The notes beneath the pieces were generated by a model that saw nothing but the letters and a program-made list of their open reading frames with translations, ran no database searches and was not told where the DNA came from. This document shows positions 50,713 to 62,604 of a stretch of DNA of 64,000 nt, piece by piece. Where the stretch lies: assembly GCF_900766055.1 (NCBI RefSeq), contig NZ_CAAFTZ010000002.1, one strand, 5' to 3'. The translations under genes and the position numbers were made by a program. Numbering within the stretch: the first letter of the stretch is position 1; every line of letters starts with the position of its first letter. Origin of the DNA: an uncultured Parasutterella sp. (lineage in GTDB: Bacteria; Pseudomonadota; Gammaproteobacteria; Burkholderiales; Burkholderiaceae_F).

Positions 50713-50738
50713 CTTTTATTCGTTTTTAAGAGATTGAA

Positions 50739-51167
50739 ATGGCTATTGAACGCACACTTTCGATTATTAAACCCGATGCAGTTGCCAAAAACGTTATCGG
50801 TCAGATCTACTCCCGTTTTGAATCCAACAACCTCAAGATCGTTGCTTCCAAAATGAAGTGGCTTTCCCGTCAGGAAGCCGAAGCTTTCTACGCAGTTCAC
50901 CGTGAACGTCCCTTCTTCAAAGATCTGGTCGACTTTATGGTTTCCGGTCCCGTTCAGATTCAGGTTCTCGAAGGTGAAAATGCCATCATGAAGAATCGTG
51001 AACTCATGGGCGCAACCGATCCGAAGAAGGCTGCCAAGGGCACCATCAGAGCCGATTTCGCTCAGTCTATCGACGCTAACGCTGTTCACGGCTCCGACAG
51101 CCCCGAAACAGCCGCTGTTGAAATCGCTTTCTTCTTCCCGCAGATGGACATCTACGCCGGCCGTTAA
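50739..51167 (+). CDS. ndk: nucleoside diphosphate kinase
   Basis: 142 aa, [15 protein letters not shown] and catalytic NAVHGSD motifs. Confidence 0.9.
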   Translation: MAIERTLSIIKPDAVAKNVIGQIYSRFESNNLKIVASKMKWLSRQEAEAFYAVHRERPFFKDLVDFMVSGPVQIQVLEGENAIMKNRELMGATDPKKAAKGTIRADFAQSIDANAVHGSDSPETAAVEIAFFFPQMDIYAGR

Positions 51168-51204
51168 TCGACCGCACTTGTAGTTTAGTTAGCGATGTAA
51201 AGAA

Positions 51205-51226
51205 TATCCCCGCGCAAGCGGGGATA
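51205..51226 (+). other. REP-like GC-rich stem-loop (GNRA loop) between ndk and rlmN
   Basis: 9-bp stem TATCCCCGC/GCGGGGATA, loop GCAA, no U tract. Confidence 0.45.
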
Positions 51227-51236
51227 ACACCCGAAT

Positions 51237-52409
51237 ATGACAGAAGAAAAGTTGCCTCAGAAAGTGAACCTCCTTGGATTTGATGCCGAGGGGCTGAAGA
51301 AGTTTTGTGAAGATCTCGGAGAGAAACCTTTCCGTGCCAAACAGCTTGAGCGTTGGATTCATCGCCGCGGAGCACACGATTTTTCTGAAATGACGGATCT
51401 TGCTAAATCTTTCCGAGCCAAACTCGAGAAAGTTGCCGAGATTCGGGGGCCCGAAATTATTCGGGATAAGACAGCCGCCGACGGAACTCGTAAGTGGCTG
51501 CTTGATGTCGGCAACGGCAACGCCGTTGAGATGGTTTACATTCCTCAGGACGGCCGCGGCACACTTTGTGTGTCTTCTCAGGCCGGCTGTGCGATGAACT
51601 GTTTGTTTTGTTCGACGGGTAAGCAGGGTTTCAACCGTAATTTGAAAGCATCGGAAATTATTGGCCAGCTTTGGCATGCCGAACATACTTTGAGAAAAGA
51701 TCTCGGCATTACCGATGAAAACGAAAGAGTAATTTCCAATGTTGTCATGATGGGTATGGGTGAACCGCTCCAAAATTTGGATGCCGTCATTCCGTCCCTA
51801 AAACTGATGCTCGACGATAACGCTTACGGCTTATCACGCCGACGTGTTACCGTCTCTACTTCCGGTCTGGTCAGGCAGATGGATAAGCTTGCCGAACAGT
51901 GCCCGGTCGCATTGGCGGTCAGCCTCCATGCTCCGAACAATGAGCTCAGAGATAAGATCATGCCGATTAACCGCAAGCATCCGCTCGAACAGCTGCTTGC
52001 GGCATGCAAGCGTTATTTGGAACACGCTCCGAGAGACTTCATCACGTTTGAATACATTCTCATCGGCGGCGTCAATGATTCACTCGCACAGGCTAAGGAA
52101 CTGATTACCTTAGTTCAGGACATTCCCTGCAAGTTCAACTTGATCCCCTTTAATCCTTTCCCTGGATCTGGTTTGGAACGTAGTAAGCCCGAAGCGGTCA
52201 AGGCTTTTGCCGACCGATTGAACGGTGCAGGTATTGTCACGACTGTAAGAAAGGTTCGCGGCGACGATATCGATGCGGCCTGCGGTCAGTTGGCCGGGGA
52301 AATTAAAGACCGTACCAAGCTCGCTGAAAAGAGAGCAAATCGCGAGATAATCATCAAAGAAATTTCAAAGAGCCCGGCGAAAGCAACAGGAGACGAGAAA
52401 AATGTCTGA
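51237..52409 (+). CDS. rlmN: 23S rRNA m2A2503 / tRNA m2A37 methyltransferase RlmN (radical SAM)
   Basis: CxxxCxxC (CAMNCLFC), collinear with E. coli RlmN. Confidence 0.9.
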   Translation: MTEEKLPQKVNLLGFDAEGLKKFCEDLGEKPFRAKQLERWIHRRGAHDFSEMTDLAKSFRAKLEKVAEIRGPEIIRDKTAADGTRKWLLDVGNGNAVEMVYIPQDGRGTLCVSSQAGCAMNCLFCSTGKQGFNRNLKASEIIGQLWHAEHTLRKDLGITDENERVISNVVMMGMGEPLQNLDAVIPSLKLMLDDNAYGLSRRRVTVSTSGLVRQMDKLAEQCPVALAVSLHAPNNELRDKIMPINRKHPLEQLLAACKRYLEHAPRDFITFEYILIGGVNDSLAQAKELITLVQDIPCKFNLIPFNPFPGSGLERSKPEAVKAFADRLNGAGIVTTVRKVRGDDIDAACGQLAGEIKDRTKLAEKRANREIIIKEISKSPAKATGDEKNV

Positions 52410-53490
52410 GAACAATATCAGCCTGGAAGCCAAAGACCAGCCGTTCGAAGCAACGACATACGGCGGCTTGCTGCGTATTGCCCGTGAAAATAAAGATTTG
52501 AGTATCGATCAGGTGTCTTCTCAGCTGAGAATCTCACCGGATCAGATCGAAGGTTTGGAGTCGGATAACTATAAAGTTTTCCCGACGCCTGTTTATGCCC
52601 GCGCCCATCTCCGCAGCTATGCTCGTTTATTAGGTGTGGACGAAGCGAAGATTATTTCGCTCTTTAATGCGGCGCTGGCGCCGGACGATAAGGATCCCCG
52701 CACCTTTATTCGCCGTACAACTCAGGAGCTGGCGCCTTACCATGACGCTCAGCCGAAAAACTTTGTCGGTAAATTTATTGCCGGGCTGCTTTTCCTGGCG
52801 GTTGTGATTGCATTGGGTTGGATCGGCTACAACTACTACATGAATCAAAAAACGGAAAAAGCTGCCGAAGAACCTCAGGCAGAGATCTCTCAACCGGCTG
52901 AAACGCCGGCTCCGACCGCCGAACTCTCCAAGGCCTCTGAAGCAGCACCGGTTTTAGTGTCCAATACAACGGTAGAGCCTGCCGCTCAGCCTGAGGCTCC
53001 GGTCCCGGCTGCAGCAGAGACTCAGACTCAGGCTGATCGAGATGCTGCTTTGAAAGAAAAACTTCAGAAAGAGGCAGAAGCAGCCGCAGCCGCTAAAGTC
53101 GCTGAAGAAAAGCGTTTAGCAGAAGAGGCTAAGAAAACTGCTGCTGCCGCAGCTCCTTCTGTTGCCGCTCCTGCAAAGCCGCTGACACTGACTCACAATG
53201 AAGCCGAAGGCCGATGGGATCTCGTGGTACCGAAATCTGCGAACGGAACTTACAAAGTGACGATCGGTGCGGACGGCGGTGAATGCTGGTTCGGCGTCTA
53301 TCAAGATAAGAAACTTGTTCATAATGCCCAGTTAAAGAGCGGCGAAACTCGTGACTACGAAGTTCCGTATCCTTTTAAAGTCTCCGTCGGCAATCGTGCC
53401 AAGGGATTTGTGAAAGTTGACGGAGCGCCTGTTGATTTGAATATCAATAATCGCGCAGCTTCCACCGTGTTTACTTTGGTTCAGAAATAA
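52402..53490 (+). CDS. rodZ: cytoskeleton protein RodZ (HTH plus TM plus DUF4115)
   Basis: N-terminal XRE-type HTH, single TM, Pro/Ala-rich linker, C-terminal DUF4115-like domain; position rlmN-rodZ-ispG. Confidence 0.75.
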   Translation: MSENNISLEAKDQPFEATTYGGLLRIARENKDLSIDQVSSQLRISPDQIEGLESDNYKVFPTPVYARAHLRSYARLLGVDEAKIISLFNAALAPDDKDPRTFIRRTTQELAPYHDAQPKNFVGKFIAGLLFLAVVIALGWIGYNYYMNQKTEKAAEEPQAEISQPAETPAPTAELSKASEAAPVLVSNTTVEPAAQPEAPVPAAAETQTQADRDAALKEKLQKEAEAAAAAKVAEEKRLAEEAKKTAAAAAPSVAAPAKPLTLTHNEAEGRWDLVVPKSANGTYKVTIGADGGECWFGVYQDKKLVHNAQLKSGETRDYEVPYPFKVSVGNRAKGFVKVDGAPVDLNINNRAASTVFTLVQK

Positions 53491-53493
53491 CGA

Positions 53494-54726
53494 ATGTCAT
53501 CTTCACAAAAAGAACCGATGATTGTCCGCTGGAAAGACAATATCGTTGAGATCGGCGCCGGCCGTCCCGTGGTGATTCAATCTATGACCAACACGGATAC
53601 GGCTGATGTCGAATCCTCGGTCAAACAAGTTTTAGAGCTCGCTCAGGCAGGAAGCGAGCTTGTTCGTCTTACGGTTAATACACCTGCGGCGGCAAAAGCC
53701 ATCCCTGAAATTCGTCGAAGACTCGATGAAGTCGGATGTTTTGTGCCTTTGGTCGGAGACTTCCATTACAACGGCCATAAACTTCTGACTGAATACCCCG
53801 GATGCGCCGAAGCACTTTCAAAGTACCGAATCAACCCAGGAAATGTCGGAAAAGGCGACAAGCAGGAAGAAAATTTCCGCACAATGATTGAGCTTGCGAA
53901 AAAGTATGACAAGCCGGTCCGAATCGGTGTGAATTGGGGTTCGCTGGATCAGGATCTTTTGGCCCGAATGATGTCGGAAAACCAAAAGCTTGAAAAACCG
54001 CTCGACGCGAAAGAGGTTCTGCGCGAAGCGTTGGTAAGGAGCGCTGTTGAGAATGCGGACCGAGCCGTTGAGCTCGGTATGAAGCCTTCTCAGGTGGCTA
54101 TTTCCGCGAAAGTAAGCGGCGTCAAAGATCTGATTGTCGTTTATCGTGAGCTTAAAGCACGCTGTGCGTATTCTCTGCACCTCGGTTTAACCGAGGCCGG
54201 GATGGGGCTTAAGGGAACAGTATCCACGACGGCAGCCTTGTCGGTTCTCCTATTGGAAAATATCGGAGATACGATCCGCGTTTCCCTGACTCCGGAGCCC
54301 GGTCAGTCCCGCACGGCCGAAGTAGAACTTGCCTGTGAAATCCTGCAGGCTTTAGGACTGCGGAACTTTACGCCGCAGGTCGTTTCCTGTCCCGGGTGCG
54401 GACGCACGACCAGCTGCCTCTTTCAGGAGCTGGCGAAAGAAACGCAGGATTTTATTAAGTTAAGAATGCCGGATTGGCGCAAGCACAATCCCGGTGTGGA
54501 AAACATGAATGTGGCGGTGATGGGCTGTGTCGTGAACGGTCCGGGAGAAAGCCGCCATGCAAACATCGGTATTTCTCTGCCCGGCTCAGGCGAGGCTCCG
54601 GTTTCTCCCGTCTTTATCGACGGCAAGAAATGGGGTTCTTTGAAAGGGCCGAAGATGAGCGAAGAGTTTCATTCGCTTATCGAAGAATACGTCCAGAAAA
54701 ATTACCAAAATGCGAAGGAACAATAA
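53494..54726 (+). CDS. ispG: 4-hydroxy-3-methylbut-2-enyl diphosphate synthase IspG
   Basis: VVIQSMTNT motif, C-terminal Cys ligands (SCPGCGRT...GCVVNGPGE). Confidence 0.9.
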   Translation: MSSSQKEPMIVRWKDNIVEIGAGRPVVIQSMTNTDTADVESSVKQVLELAQAGSELVRLTVNTPAAAKAIPEIRRRLDEVGCFVPLVGDFHYNGHKLLTEYPGCAEALSKYRINPGNVGKGDKQEENFRTMIELAKKYDKPVRIGVNWGSLDQDLLARMMSENQKLEKPLDAKEVLREALVRSAVENADRAVELGMKPSQVAISAKVSGVKDLIVVYRELKARCAYSLHLGLTEAGMGLKGTVSTTAALSVLLLENIGDTIRVSLTPEPGQSRTAEVELACEILQALGLRNFTPQVVSCPGCGRTTSCLFQELAKETQDFIKLRMPDWRKHNPGVENMNVAVMGCVVNGPGESRHANIGISLPGSGEAPVSPVFIDGKKWGSLKGPKMSEEFHSLIEEYVQKNYQNAKEQ

Positions 54727-56003
54727 TGGCGATTGAAAAGATTCAGGCAATTCGCGGCATGAGCGACATGCTGCCGGAAGATGCCCCTCTTTGGCACTTC
54801 TTTGAAAAAGAAGCTTCCTCTCTGGCAAAACTCTACGGTTATCAGCACATTCGTACTCCGATCGTCGAACAGACTCGTCTGTTCAAACGCGGCATCGGCG
54901 AAGTGACCGACATCGTTGAAAAGGAAATGTATTCTTTCGTGGATTCCTTAAACGGCGACGAATTGTCTCTGCGTCCGGAAAACACGGCTTCTGTCGTTCG
55001 CGCCTGTATTGAACACAACCTCCTTTATGAAGGACCGAAGCGTCTGTGGTACATGGGACCGATGTTCCGTCACGAACGTCCGCAGAGAGGCCGTTATCGC
55101 CAGTTCCATCAGTTCGGTATGGAAGCAATGGGCTTCAAGGGACCGGATACAGATGCCGAACAGCTTTTAATGCTGAACCGCCTCTGGAAGCGCCTCGGAA
55201 TCGCTCCCGTTCGTCTTGAACTCAACTGCTTAGGCCAGCTCGAAGATCGTAAAGCCTACAGAGAAGTGTTGATCAAATACTTCGAAGCGCACAAAGATGT
55301 CCTGGATGAAGATGCGACACGTCGTCTTTATTCCAACCCGCTTCGCATTCTCGACACCAAGAACCCCGACATGCAGGACTTGGTCAATAATGCACCGAAG
55401 CTCTATGACTCCTTGAGCGAAGAATCCAAACAATTCCTTGCGGATTTAGAAGCGATTCTGAAAGCCGAAGGCATCGATTATGTTGTGAACCCGAGATTGG
55501 TTCGCGGTCTTGACTACTACAACCTCACAGTTTTCGAATGGGTTACCGATAAGCTTGGCGCTCAGGGCACGATCTGCGGCGGCGGCCGTTATGACCCGCT
55601 TATCGGAATGCTCGGAGGCCGAGACGCTCCTGCCTGCGGTTTTGCGATGGGCATTGAACGCGTGCTCGAGTTGATGAAAGAATGCGGCGTTAAACCCGAA
55701 TTCAGAGAGTGCGATGTATATGTCGTTTGGGATAAGGCGCTGTACCTCAACGCACTTTCCGCCGCGGAAAGCCTCAGAGATGCCGATATTGCCGCGATCA
55801 TCCACAGCGGAAGCATGAAGTTCGGCAACCAGATGAAGCGTGCCGATGCTTCCGGGGCTCTTTATGCACTGGTGATCGGAGCTGATGAAGCCGCCGCCGG
55901 CAAGGTCGGTCTTAAGGCACTTCGTGAAAACCTCGAGGGTTACGGCGAACAGAAGACGCTGACTATCGATGAAGCGATCTCGTTCCTCGGACAGCACGTT
56001 TAA
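54726..56003 (+). CDS. hisS: histidine--tRNA ligase
   Basis: [15 protein letters not shown]-terminus, class II motifs; TAATG overlap with ispG (the ORF-track start at 54474 is a spurious extension). Confidence 0.9.
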   Translation: MAIEKIQAIRGMSDMLPEDAPLWHFFEKEASSLAKLYGYQHIRTPIVEQTRLFKRGIGEVTDIVEKEMYSFVDSLNGDELSLRPENTASVVRACIEHNLLYEGPKRLWYMGPMFRHERPQRGRYRQFHQFGMEAMGFKGPDTDAEQLLMLNRLWKRLGIAPVRLELNCLGQLEDRKAYREVLIKYFEAHKDVLDEDATRRLYSNPLRILDTKNPDMQDLVNNAPKLYDSLSEESKQFLADLEAILKAEGIDYVVNPRLVRGLDYYNLTVFEWVTDKLGAQGTICGGGRYDPLIGMLGGRDAPACGFAMGIERVLELMKECGVKPEFRECDVYVVWDKALYLNALSAAESLRDADIAAIIHSGSMKFGNQMKRADASGALYALVIGADEAAAGKVGLKALRENLEGYGEQKTLTIDEAISFLGQHV

Positions 56004-56010
56004 GAAGAAG

Positions 56011-56040
56011 AGGGGACCGGCGTCCCCTTCCGTTTTACTT
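56011..56040 (+). terminator. rho-independent terminator after hisS
   Basis: stem AGGGGAC/GTCCCCT, loop CGGC, T-rich tail. Confidence 0.55.
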
Positions 56041-56092
56041 CTTTTTCAAGAATTGAAATTAGAACTTTTAAATAGACCGGGAGATACTTTAC

Positions 56093-56728
56093 ATGGCCTA
56101 TGACTTAGAAGAACAAGAGTCCCTTGCCGAGATCAAGGCTTGGTGGGAGAAATGGGGCAACTTAATTTTGACCGTTGTGACGGTCGCCTGCTTGTGCGCT
56201 GCCGGTTTTCAAGGCTGGCGCTGGTATCAGATGAAAGAATCCACAGACGCCGGTGTTCTGTATGCTCAGATGATTCAGGCAAGCAATATGAAGGATGAGG
56301 CTCGCGTACAGGCGATCGCCGGTCGTCTGCATGAAAGCTACGCATCGACGACTTATGCTGGGATGGGTGCTCTGCTTGCCGCGCATAACGCTGAAACCGC
56401 CGGTAAATATGCAGAAGCTGAAAAAGCGCTCAAGTGGATTGTAGAGTCTGATAAGTATCCTGAACTCAAACCGCTTGCTTCTGTCCGTTTGGCCGGTGTT
56501 TATCTCGATGAAGGTAAATACGATCAGGGCTTGGCAGTTCTCAACGCGGTTAAAGACGCCAAGGGCGAAGAAGTTCCGATTTATGACCGTATGGGCGACC
56601 TTTATCTTGCCAAAGGCGACGCCGTTGCCGCTCGCAAAAGCTGGGAAGACGCCTTGCGCCATGCTCCTATGAGCAATCCGTTGGTCGGTGTCATCGAAAT
56701 CAAATTAAATTCTTTACCCAAGGAATAA
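56093..56728 (+). CDS. yfgM: YfgM-family (UPF0070) TPR membrane protein
   Basis: N-terminal TM, TPR-like repeats, position hisS-yfgM-bamB. Confidence 0.75.
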   Translation: MAYDLEEQESLAEIKAWWEKWGNLILTVVTVACLCAAGFQGWRWYQMKESTDAGVLYAQMIQASNMKDEARVQAIAGRLHESYASTTYAGMGALLAAHNAETAGKYAEAEKALKWIVESDKYPELKPLASVRLAGVYLDEGKYDQGLAVLNAVKDAKGEEVPIYDRMGDLYLAKGDAVAARKSWEDALRHAPMSNPLVGVIEIKLNSLPKE

Positions 56729-56731
56729 TTC

Positions 56732-57847
56732 ATGAGTACAAAACTCAAGATTGCGGCCGCCGTTGCTGCAGCAGTTCTGCTTTCGGCTTGTTCCAGTCCT
56801 AAACATGAACCCATGCCGCTGGTAAGTTTCACACCGAGCATGGAGGTGACCGAAGTTTGGTCGAAAGGACTTTCGTCTGCTGAGGGCTTCTTAGTTCCCG
56901 CGGTATATGACGATATGGTGTTTGCCGCCGGCGGCAAGACCTTGACGCGTTTAAATGCCAGAACCGGCGAAACCGAGTGGTCGGTTTCTTTTGACAATCC
57001 CATTACCGGCGGTGTCGGCTCTGACGGCTACGTCACAGCTGTCGGTCTTTGGGACGGCAATCTGGAAGTCGTGGATGCCGAAGGCAAGGTCAGCTGGGAA
57101 AAGAAACTGACAACGGAATTGGCTTCTCCGCCTGTTGTTTCTCACGGTTTGGTCATTGCCCGCACCATGGACACCCGTGTGTCCGCATTTGAAGCTTCCT
57201 CCGGCGAACTGCAGTGGACATATCAGAAGAGTCAGCCCGCTTTGACGGTCCGTTTACCCACAAGAATGCTGGCTCATGATAACTTTTTGTTAGTCGGACA
57301 GCCGAACGGCCATATCGTGATTCTGGATATCGCCTCCGGTAAACCGGTGTTCGAATTCCAGGTTGCCCAAGCTAAGGGGGTCACGGAAGTCGAGCGTTTG
57401 GTTGACGTTGTCGGCGCCCCGGCCTTTAGCGAAAACTTAGTTTGCGCCGCCGCCTTCCAAGGCGCCGTAACCTGTGTTGACAGCACTAACGGGCAGACAA
57501 AATGGACGCAGAAGATTGACGCTGTTGCCGGTCCTGCTATTGACGAAGACAACGTTTATGCCGTCAGCGTCAACGGAGAAGTTCAGGCGTTCTATCGCGA
57601 AAGCGGTGAGCAGCGCTGGTCTAATAAGACCATGCTGTACCGCGGAGTTTCCGCACCGGTCGTTTTCCCGGGCGCCGTGGCTGTCGGTGACGAAGATGGT
57701 TACGTTCATTTCCTTTCACCGAGAACCGGTGAAGAAATGGCGCGCGTTCGTTTGAGCGGTCCGATCGTAACGCAGGCACAGCCTTTCAGTGCAGGCGCTA
57801 TTTTCCAAACCAGTAAAGGCGAAGTCGCTTATTTGTCGAATAGATAA
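56732..57847 (+). CDS. bamB: outer membrane protein assembly factor BamB (PQQ-repeat beta-propeller lipoprotein)
   Basis: lipobox LSAC, repeated PQQ-like blades. Confidence 0.85.
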   Translation: MSTKLKIAAAVAAAVLLSACSSPKHEPMPLVSFTPSMEVTEVWSKGLSSAEGFLVPAVYDDMVFAAGGKTLTRLNARTGETEWSVSFDNPITGGVGSDGYVTAVGLWDGNLEVVDAEGKVSWEKKLTTELASPPVVSHGLVIARTMDTRVSAFEASSGELQWTYQKSQPALTVRLPTRMLAHDNFLLVGQPNGHIVILDIASGKPVFEFQVAQAKGVTEVERLVDVVGAPAFSENLVCAAAFQGAVTCVDSTNGQTKWTQKIDAVAGPAIDEDNVYAVSVNGEVQAFYRESGEQRWSNKTMLYRGVSAPVVFPGAVAVGDEDGYVHFLSPRTGEEMARVRLSGPIVTQAQPFSAGAIFQTSKGEVAYLSNR

Positions 57848-57852
57848 AAATT

Positions 57853-59184
57853 ATGGTTCCAGTCATTGCGCTTGTTGGTCGTCCGAATGTCGGGAAATCG
57901 ACCTTGTTTAATCGCCTGACGCGTTCTAGAGACGCTTTAGTGGCGGACTTCCCGGGACTTACCCGAGATCGTCATTACGGCGACGGTCGTATCGGCGATA
58001 AACCTTACTTAGTCATCGATACGGGCGGTTTTGAGCCGATCCGCACCGAAGGCATCGTCAAAGAGATGACCGGACAGGCGCAATTGGCGATTACCGAATC
58101 CGACGCCGTCTTGTTCCTTGTTGACGGCCGTGCCGGTTTAACGCCGCAGGATCAGAGAATCGCTCAGAATCTGCGCGAATCCGGAAAGAAAACCTACCTC
58201 GTCGTCAATAAGGCCGAAGGTTTAACGGAAACAGCTAAAGCCGAATTCTATGAATTGGCTTTAGGCGAGCCTTACACCATTTCCGCAGCACACGGCGAAG
58301 GTGTTAAAGCCTTGATGGATCTGGTTCTTGAACCCTTCCCGACCGAAAAGGAAATCGATGAGGAAGAGGATTTCAAAAACAAGATTAAAGTTGCGATCGC
58401 CGGCCGTCCGAACGCAGGCAAGAGCACGCTGATCAATGCGCTGATCGGCGAAGATCGCCTGATCGCTTTTGACATGCCCGGGACTACGCGCGACGCCATC
58501 GAGGTCGAGTTCCAATATAAGGATCGCGATTACACCTTGATCGATACCGCTGGTCTGCGCCGCAAAGGTAAAGTGTTTGAGGCAATCGAAAAGTTCTCCG
58601 TTATTAAGACGCTTCAGGCAATCGAAAGTTCCAACGTGGTTGTGCTTCTTTTAGACGCCCACGCCGGTATTGCCGAGCAGGATGCCAACATTGCCGGCTA
58701 CATTCTGGAAAGCGGACGTGCCTTGGTTGTCGGTGTCAACAAATGGGACAGCTTGGACGATTACGAAAGACGCCGCGTGAAGGAAGAGCTTGAACGCAAG
58801 CTTCACTTTTTACGCTGGGCGAAGATCGTTTATATCTCCGCGCTTGAAAAGCGCGGTCTGCATCACTTGCTGAATGCGGTCAACGATGCTCACACAGCCG
58901 CGTTCATGAAGCTCTCCACACCGAAGCTGACCCGTGCTTTGATTGAAGCTACGACTCGTCAGCTGCCGCCGAGAGCCGGCGGAGGGCGTCCGAAGATGAG
59001 ATACGCCCACCAAGGCGGCCAGAATCCTCCTGTCATTGTGGTTCACGGCAACGCACTTCAGGATGTTCCGGAAAGCTACCGGCGATATCTGGAAGGATGG
59101 TTCAGAGATAAGTTCAAACTCGAGGGCACACCGCTCCGAATTGAATTTAGAACGAACAAAAATCCGTACGCCCAAAAGGCTTAA
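57853..59184 (+). CDS. der: ribosome biogenesis GTPase Der (EngA), tandem G domains
   Basis: two GRPNVGKST / [10 protein letters not shown]-loops, KH-like C-terminus. Confidence 0.9.
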   Translation: MVPVIALVGRPNVGKSTLFNRLTRSRDALVADFPGLTRDRHYGDGRIGDKPYLVIDTGGFEPIRTEGIVKEMTGQAQLAITESDAVLFLVDGRAGLTPQDQRIAQNLRESGKKTYLVVNKAEGLTETAKAEFYELALGEPYTISAAHGEGVKALMDLVLEPFPTEKEIDEEEDFKNKIKVAIAGRPNAGKSTLINALIGEDRLIAFDMPGTTRDAIEVEFQYKDRDYTLIDTAGLRRKGKVFEAIEKFSVIKTLQAIESSNVVVLLLDAHAGIAEQDANIAGYILESGRALVVGVNKWDSLDDYERRRVKEELERKLHFLRWAKIVYISALEKRGLHHLLNAVNDAHTAAFMKLSTPKLTRALIEATTRQLPPRAGGGRPKMRYAHQGGQNPPVIVVHGNALQDVPESYRRYLEGWFRDKFKLEGTPLRIEFRTNKNPYAQKA

Positions 59185-59190
59185 TCGAGA

Positions 59191-59216
59191 AATTCCCGCC
59201 GTGCGCGGGAATTTTC
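59191..59216 (+). terminator. rho-independent terminator after der
   Basis: 9-bp stem AATTCCCGC/GCGGGAATT then TTTTCG. Confidence 0.7.
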
Positions 59217-59503
59217 GTATGGTGGCTCGGTTTTCGGACGTTGCACGATCTGCGCCTCAAATAAGCATTAACAATGATCTTTCCGGGCGGCATTTACCGC
59301 TAAAATAGTTACTGTAGTAAGAGAATCTGCTGCGGGAACGCAGCCCTTCAAGGGGGTTGTCGCCCAATAAGAGTCCTTCGATCATAGAAGTGCAGAAAAA
59401 TTAAATGTGCGCCCAAAATGATTAATACAAAGAACAATTTCGGTGTGCCGCAGCTAGAATTTAGTCAGATTTATGAGCGGAATTTTCCGTTTGGAGAAAA
59501 ACA

Positions 59504-59755
59504 ATGACAAAAGGGCAATTGTTACAAGACCCATTCTTAAACAGTCTTCGTAAGGGACGTATTCCTGTTTCCATCTACTTGGTGAACGGTATCAAACTGC
59601 AGGGCCAGATCGAATCCTTCGACCAGTATGTCGTTCTGCTTCGCAACACCGTAACCCAGATGGTTTATAAACACGCTATTAGCACTGTTGTTCCGGCTCG
59701 CGCCGTACCGCTGGGCAATGAACAGCAGGGAACTGAAGAAGCAGAAACCGTATAG
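59504..59755 (+). CDS. hfq: RNA chaperone Hfq
   Basis: [46 protein letters not shown] Sm motifs. Confidence 0.9.
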   Translation: MTKGQLLQDPFLNSLRKGRIPVSIYLVNGIKLQGQIESFDQYVVLLRNTVTQMVYKHAISTVVPARAVPLGNEQQGTEEAETV

Positions 59756-60918
59756 TGGATTATCAATATCAAAAGGGAGACGAGACACCCGGAAAGGTGT
59801 GGCTCGTCTCTGTCATTGTGGGCCGCGAAATTCATCGAGACGCGGCACTTGAATTATCAGAATTAGCGACATCCTGCGGCTTCCAAGTTGGGGGGCTGAC
59901 TGAAGCAAAGCGCGACCGTCCGGATCCTAAAACTTTTCTCGGAAGCGGCAAAATCGAAGAAATCAAAAATGAAGCGGCTACCGCTGGGGCAAAAGCGCTG
60001 ATTTTTGATGTCGCTTTATCTCCCGCGCAGCAGCGCAATATCGAAAAAGCCGTCGGACTGGAAGTACTTGACCGTACCAATCTGATTTTGGAGATTTTCC
60101 GTCAGAGAGCAAAGACCCGGGAAGGCCGGCTGCAAGTTGAACTTGCTCGACTGACCCACTTGTCAACACGTTTGGTTAGAGGCTGGACGCACTTGGAACG
60201 TCAGAGAGGCGGCTTGTCTAAAACCGGCGGTCCGGGTGAAAAGCAGATCGAACTTGACCGTCGAATGATTGCAACACGCGTCAAGGCGTTAAGAGAACAG
60301 CTTAAAAAACTCGAGCGTCAGCGCAACACCCAACGCAAATCTCGCCAAAGAGGCGAGGTGCTGACCGTCGCGCTTGTCGGCTATACCAACGCCGGTAAGT
60401 CAACGCTCTTTAATCGTCTGACGCGCGGCGGTGTGTATGCGGCCGATCAGTTGTTTGCAACTTTGGATACGACTGCGCGCAGATGTTTTGTCGGCGGAGA
60501 TGTGGAAGTTGTATTAAGTGACACGGTCGGCTTTATTCGCGGGCTGCCGCACCAGCTGATTGAGGCTTTCAAATCAACCTTGGATGAAGCGGCACAGGCC
60601 GATCTTCTGCTCCATGTTGTCGATTCATCAACGCCGGCCAGAGAAGAGCAGATGGCCGAAGTCAATAAAGTCCTAGAAGAAATCGGAGCCAAAGATATTC
60701 CGCAGCTGCTGGTTTTCAATAAGATTGACTTGGAAGGGAAGAGTCCGTTTATTACCTGTGCCGAAGACGGCACGCCGAAAGCAGTCGGCATCAGCGCCGC
60801 CAGCGGAGAAGGTATCGATCTTCTTAAAGATGCCATCCGTCAGATCGCAGAAAAAGAGCCGGAAGAGCCTCAAGAGACTCCCGATAATGAGGATTGGCTC
60901 GCAGAATTTGAACGTTAA
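59755..60918 (+). CDS. hflX: GTPase HflX
   Basis: collinear with E. coli HflX (LVGYTNAGKSTLFN, DTVGFI); apparent GTG start overlapping the hfq stop. Confidence 0.9.
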   Translation: MDYQYQKGDETPGKVWLVSVIVGREIHRDAALELSELATSCGFQVGGLTEAKRDRPDPKTFLGSGKIEEIKNEAATAGAKALIFDVALSPAQQRNIEKAVGLEVLDRTNLILEIFRQRAKTREGRLQVELARLTHLSTRLVRGWTHLERQRGGLSKTGGPGEKQIELDRRMIATRVKALREQLKKLERQRNTQRKSRQRGEVLTVALVGYTNAGKSTLFNRLTRGGVYAADQLFATLDTTARRCFVGGDVEVVLSDTVGFIRGLPHQLIEAFKSTLDEAAQADLLLHVVDSSTPAREEQMAEVNKVLEEIGAKDIPQLLVFNKIDLEGKSPFITCAEDGTPKAVGISAASGEGIDLLKDAIRQIAEKEPEEPQETPDNEDWLAEFER

Positions 60919-61091
60919 TGCTGAATGGGCCTTCTTCGAAGCGAAGGCCTTCAGCGAGCATTTTGATAAATGTAATAACTCTTATCACTAAAAATATTAT
61001 TATTTTTCAAGTGCTAAAATGCTCTGCTCTCTTGTCTAACTCATCCGGACAACCTATCTTTGTCCTGTGATTTTTAAGGAAATATTCGACA

Positions 61092-62594
61092 ATGTCGCTT
61101 AATGACCCCCGTTGGGGCCGAAAAGGCTCGGAGGACGATTCCTCCCAGAAAGAAAATGAAATCAAAGAGCCTCCCAAAGAGACTGATGAAGAACCGAGAA
61201 AAGCCGAACCGAGCAGAAACGAAATGCCTGGCCGCTTCACTCAGAACAACAATGACGGAGATTTAGAAGAACTTTGGAAACAGTTCAACGATCGTCTAAA
61301 TTCGATGTTGGGCGGCACCAAAGGCAATCAAAATCGTAATGCTCAGAAAGAAGAGCCGTCAGCATCTTCTCAGGCACAAAATCAGAAAAACGAAGACTAC
61401 GACTTCGACGAACCTCCGCTGCGCAAAGACCACGAATTCAAAAATCAGCAGAATTCGTTCGGCAACGGCGGCGGCAATGGCAACGGCGGTGGAAATCCTT
61501 TCCCGCAGTTTAAGGTTCCGTCTTCATTCTCCGGCGGAATGGCTGTTTCAGCCATTGTTATCGCTTTGGCCGCATGGCTGGCCTCCGGCTTTTATATCGT
61601 TCCGGAAGGTCAGAACGGCGTTGTGACCACTTTCGGACGTTACACCGAAAGCACGAATGCCGGTTTCCGCTGGCACCTGCCTTATCCGATCCAGGACGTT
61701 GCTTTAGTAGACGTTTCTTCTGTTCGTAAGGCCGAGATCGGTTTGAGAGGCGGTACACAGCGTCTTAAAGAAGCGCTCATGCTGACGGACGATGAGAACA
61801 TTGTTGACGTGATGTTCAATGTTCAGTACCGAATCAAGCAGGGCAACGGCGCTGAAGAATTCTTGTTCCGTACTCGCGATCCGATGGGTGCAGTTGTTCA
61901 GACCGCAGAATCCGCCATGCGTGAAGTAGTCGGTCGTAAGAAGATGGACAGTGTTTTGTTCGAGTCTAAGCAGGAAATTGCAGAAGAAGTTAAAAAACTG
62001 ATGCAGGAAATGCTTGACCGCTACCACTCCGGTATTCAGGTTCTGTCTGTTGCTATTCAGAACGCTCAGCCGCCAGAACAAGTTCAGGCTGCCTTCAACG
62101 ATGCCGTTAAGGCCGGCCAGGATCGCGAACGCCAGATTAATGAAGGCGAGGCTTATGCAAACGACGTTGTGCCTAAGGCACGGGGTCTGGCTGAACGTCT
62201 TCGCCAGGAAGCTGAAGCATACAAATCTCGTGTTGTCTCTCAGGCAGAGGGTGACGCAAACCGCTTCAATCAGGTCTACGCACAGTATGAGAAAGCTCCG
62301 AAGGTGACCCGCGACCGTATGTATGTGGACACCATGCAGCAGATCTTCAACAACACGACCAAGGTAATGGTTGATAACAAGTCTTCCAATAACTTGCTCT
62401 ACCTGCCGCTGGATCAGCTGGCTAAACGAGCCGCCTCGACGCAGGCTCCGGCAGCTTCGGCCGCGCCTGTGCAGCCGACTGTTCCTGCTTCATCTGCTCA
62501 CCAGACGCATAATCTGCCCGGCGGGGATCAGCCGCCTTTAACACCGGACGCGAGTCAGCCCACTTCCCGTCTTTTATCCCGTACTTTGAGATAA
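61092..62594 (+). CDS. hflK: FtsH protease modulator HflK (with extended low-complexity N-terminus)
   Basis: SPFH domain; 500 aa against 419 aa in E. coli because of a longer G/N/Q/E-rich N-terminal tail. Confidence 0.85.
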   Translation: MSLNDPRWGRKGSEDDSSQKENEIKEPPKETDEEPRKAEPSRNEMPGRFTQNNNDGDLEELWKQFNDRLNSMLGGTKGNQNRNAQKEEPSASSQAQNQKNEDYDFDEPPLRKDHEFKNQQNSFGNGGGNGNGGGNPFPQFKVPSSFSGGMAVSAIVIALAAWLASGFYIVPEGQNGVVTTFGRYTESTNAGFRWHLPYPIQDVALVDVSSVRKAEIGLRGGTQRLKEALMLTDDENIVDVMFNVQYRIKQGNGAEEFLFRTRDPMGAVVQTAESAMREVVGRKKMDSVLFESKQEIAEEVKKLMQEMLDRYHSGIQVLSVAIQNAQPPEQVQAAFNDAVKAGQDRERQINEGEAYANDVVPKARGLAERLRQEAEAYKSRVVSQAEGDANRFNQVYAQYEKAPKVTRDRMYVDTMQQIFNNTTKVMVDNKSSNNLLYLPLDQLAKRAASTQAPAASAAPVQPTVPASSAHQTHNLPGGDQPPLTPDASQPTSRLLSRTLR

Positions 62595-62604
62595 GGACAG
62601 AGAA

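Noticed and set aside
54474-54725. N-terminal extension of hisS in the ORF track (start 54474)
   Set aside because: The extension overlaps the ispG 3' end in another frame. Conserved HisRS sequence begins at [14 protein letters not shown] (ATG 54726, TAATG overlap with the ispG stop).
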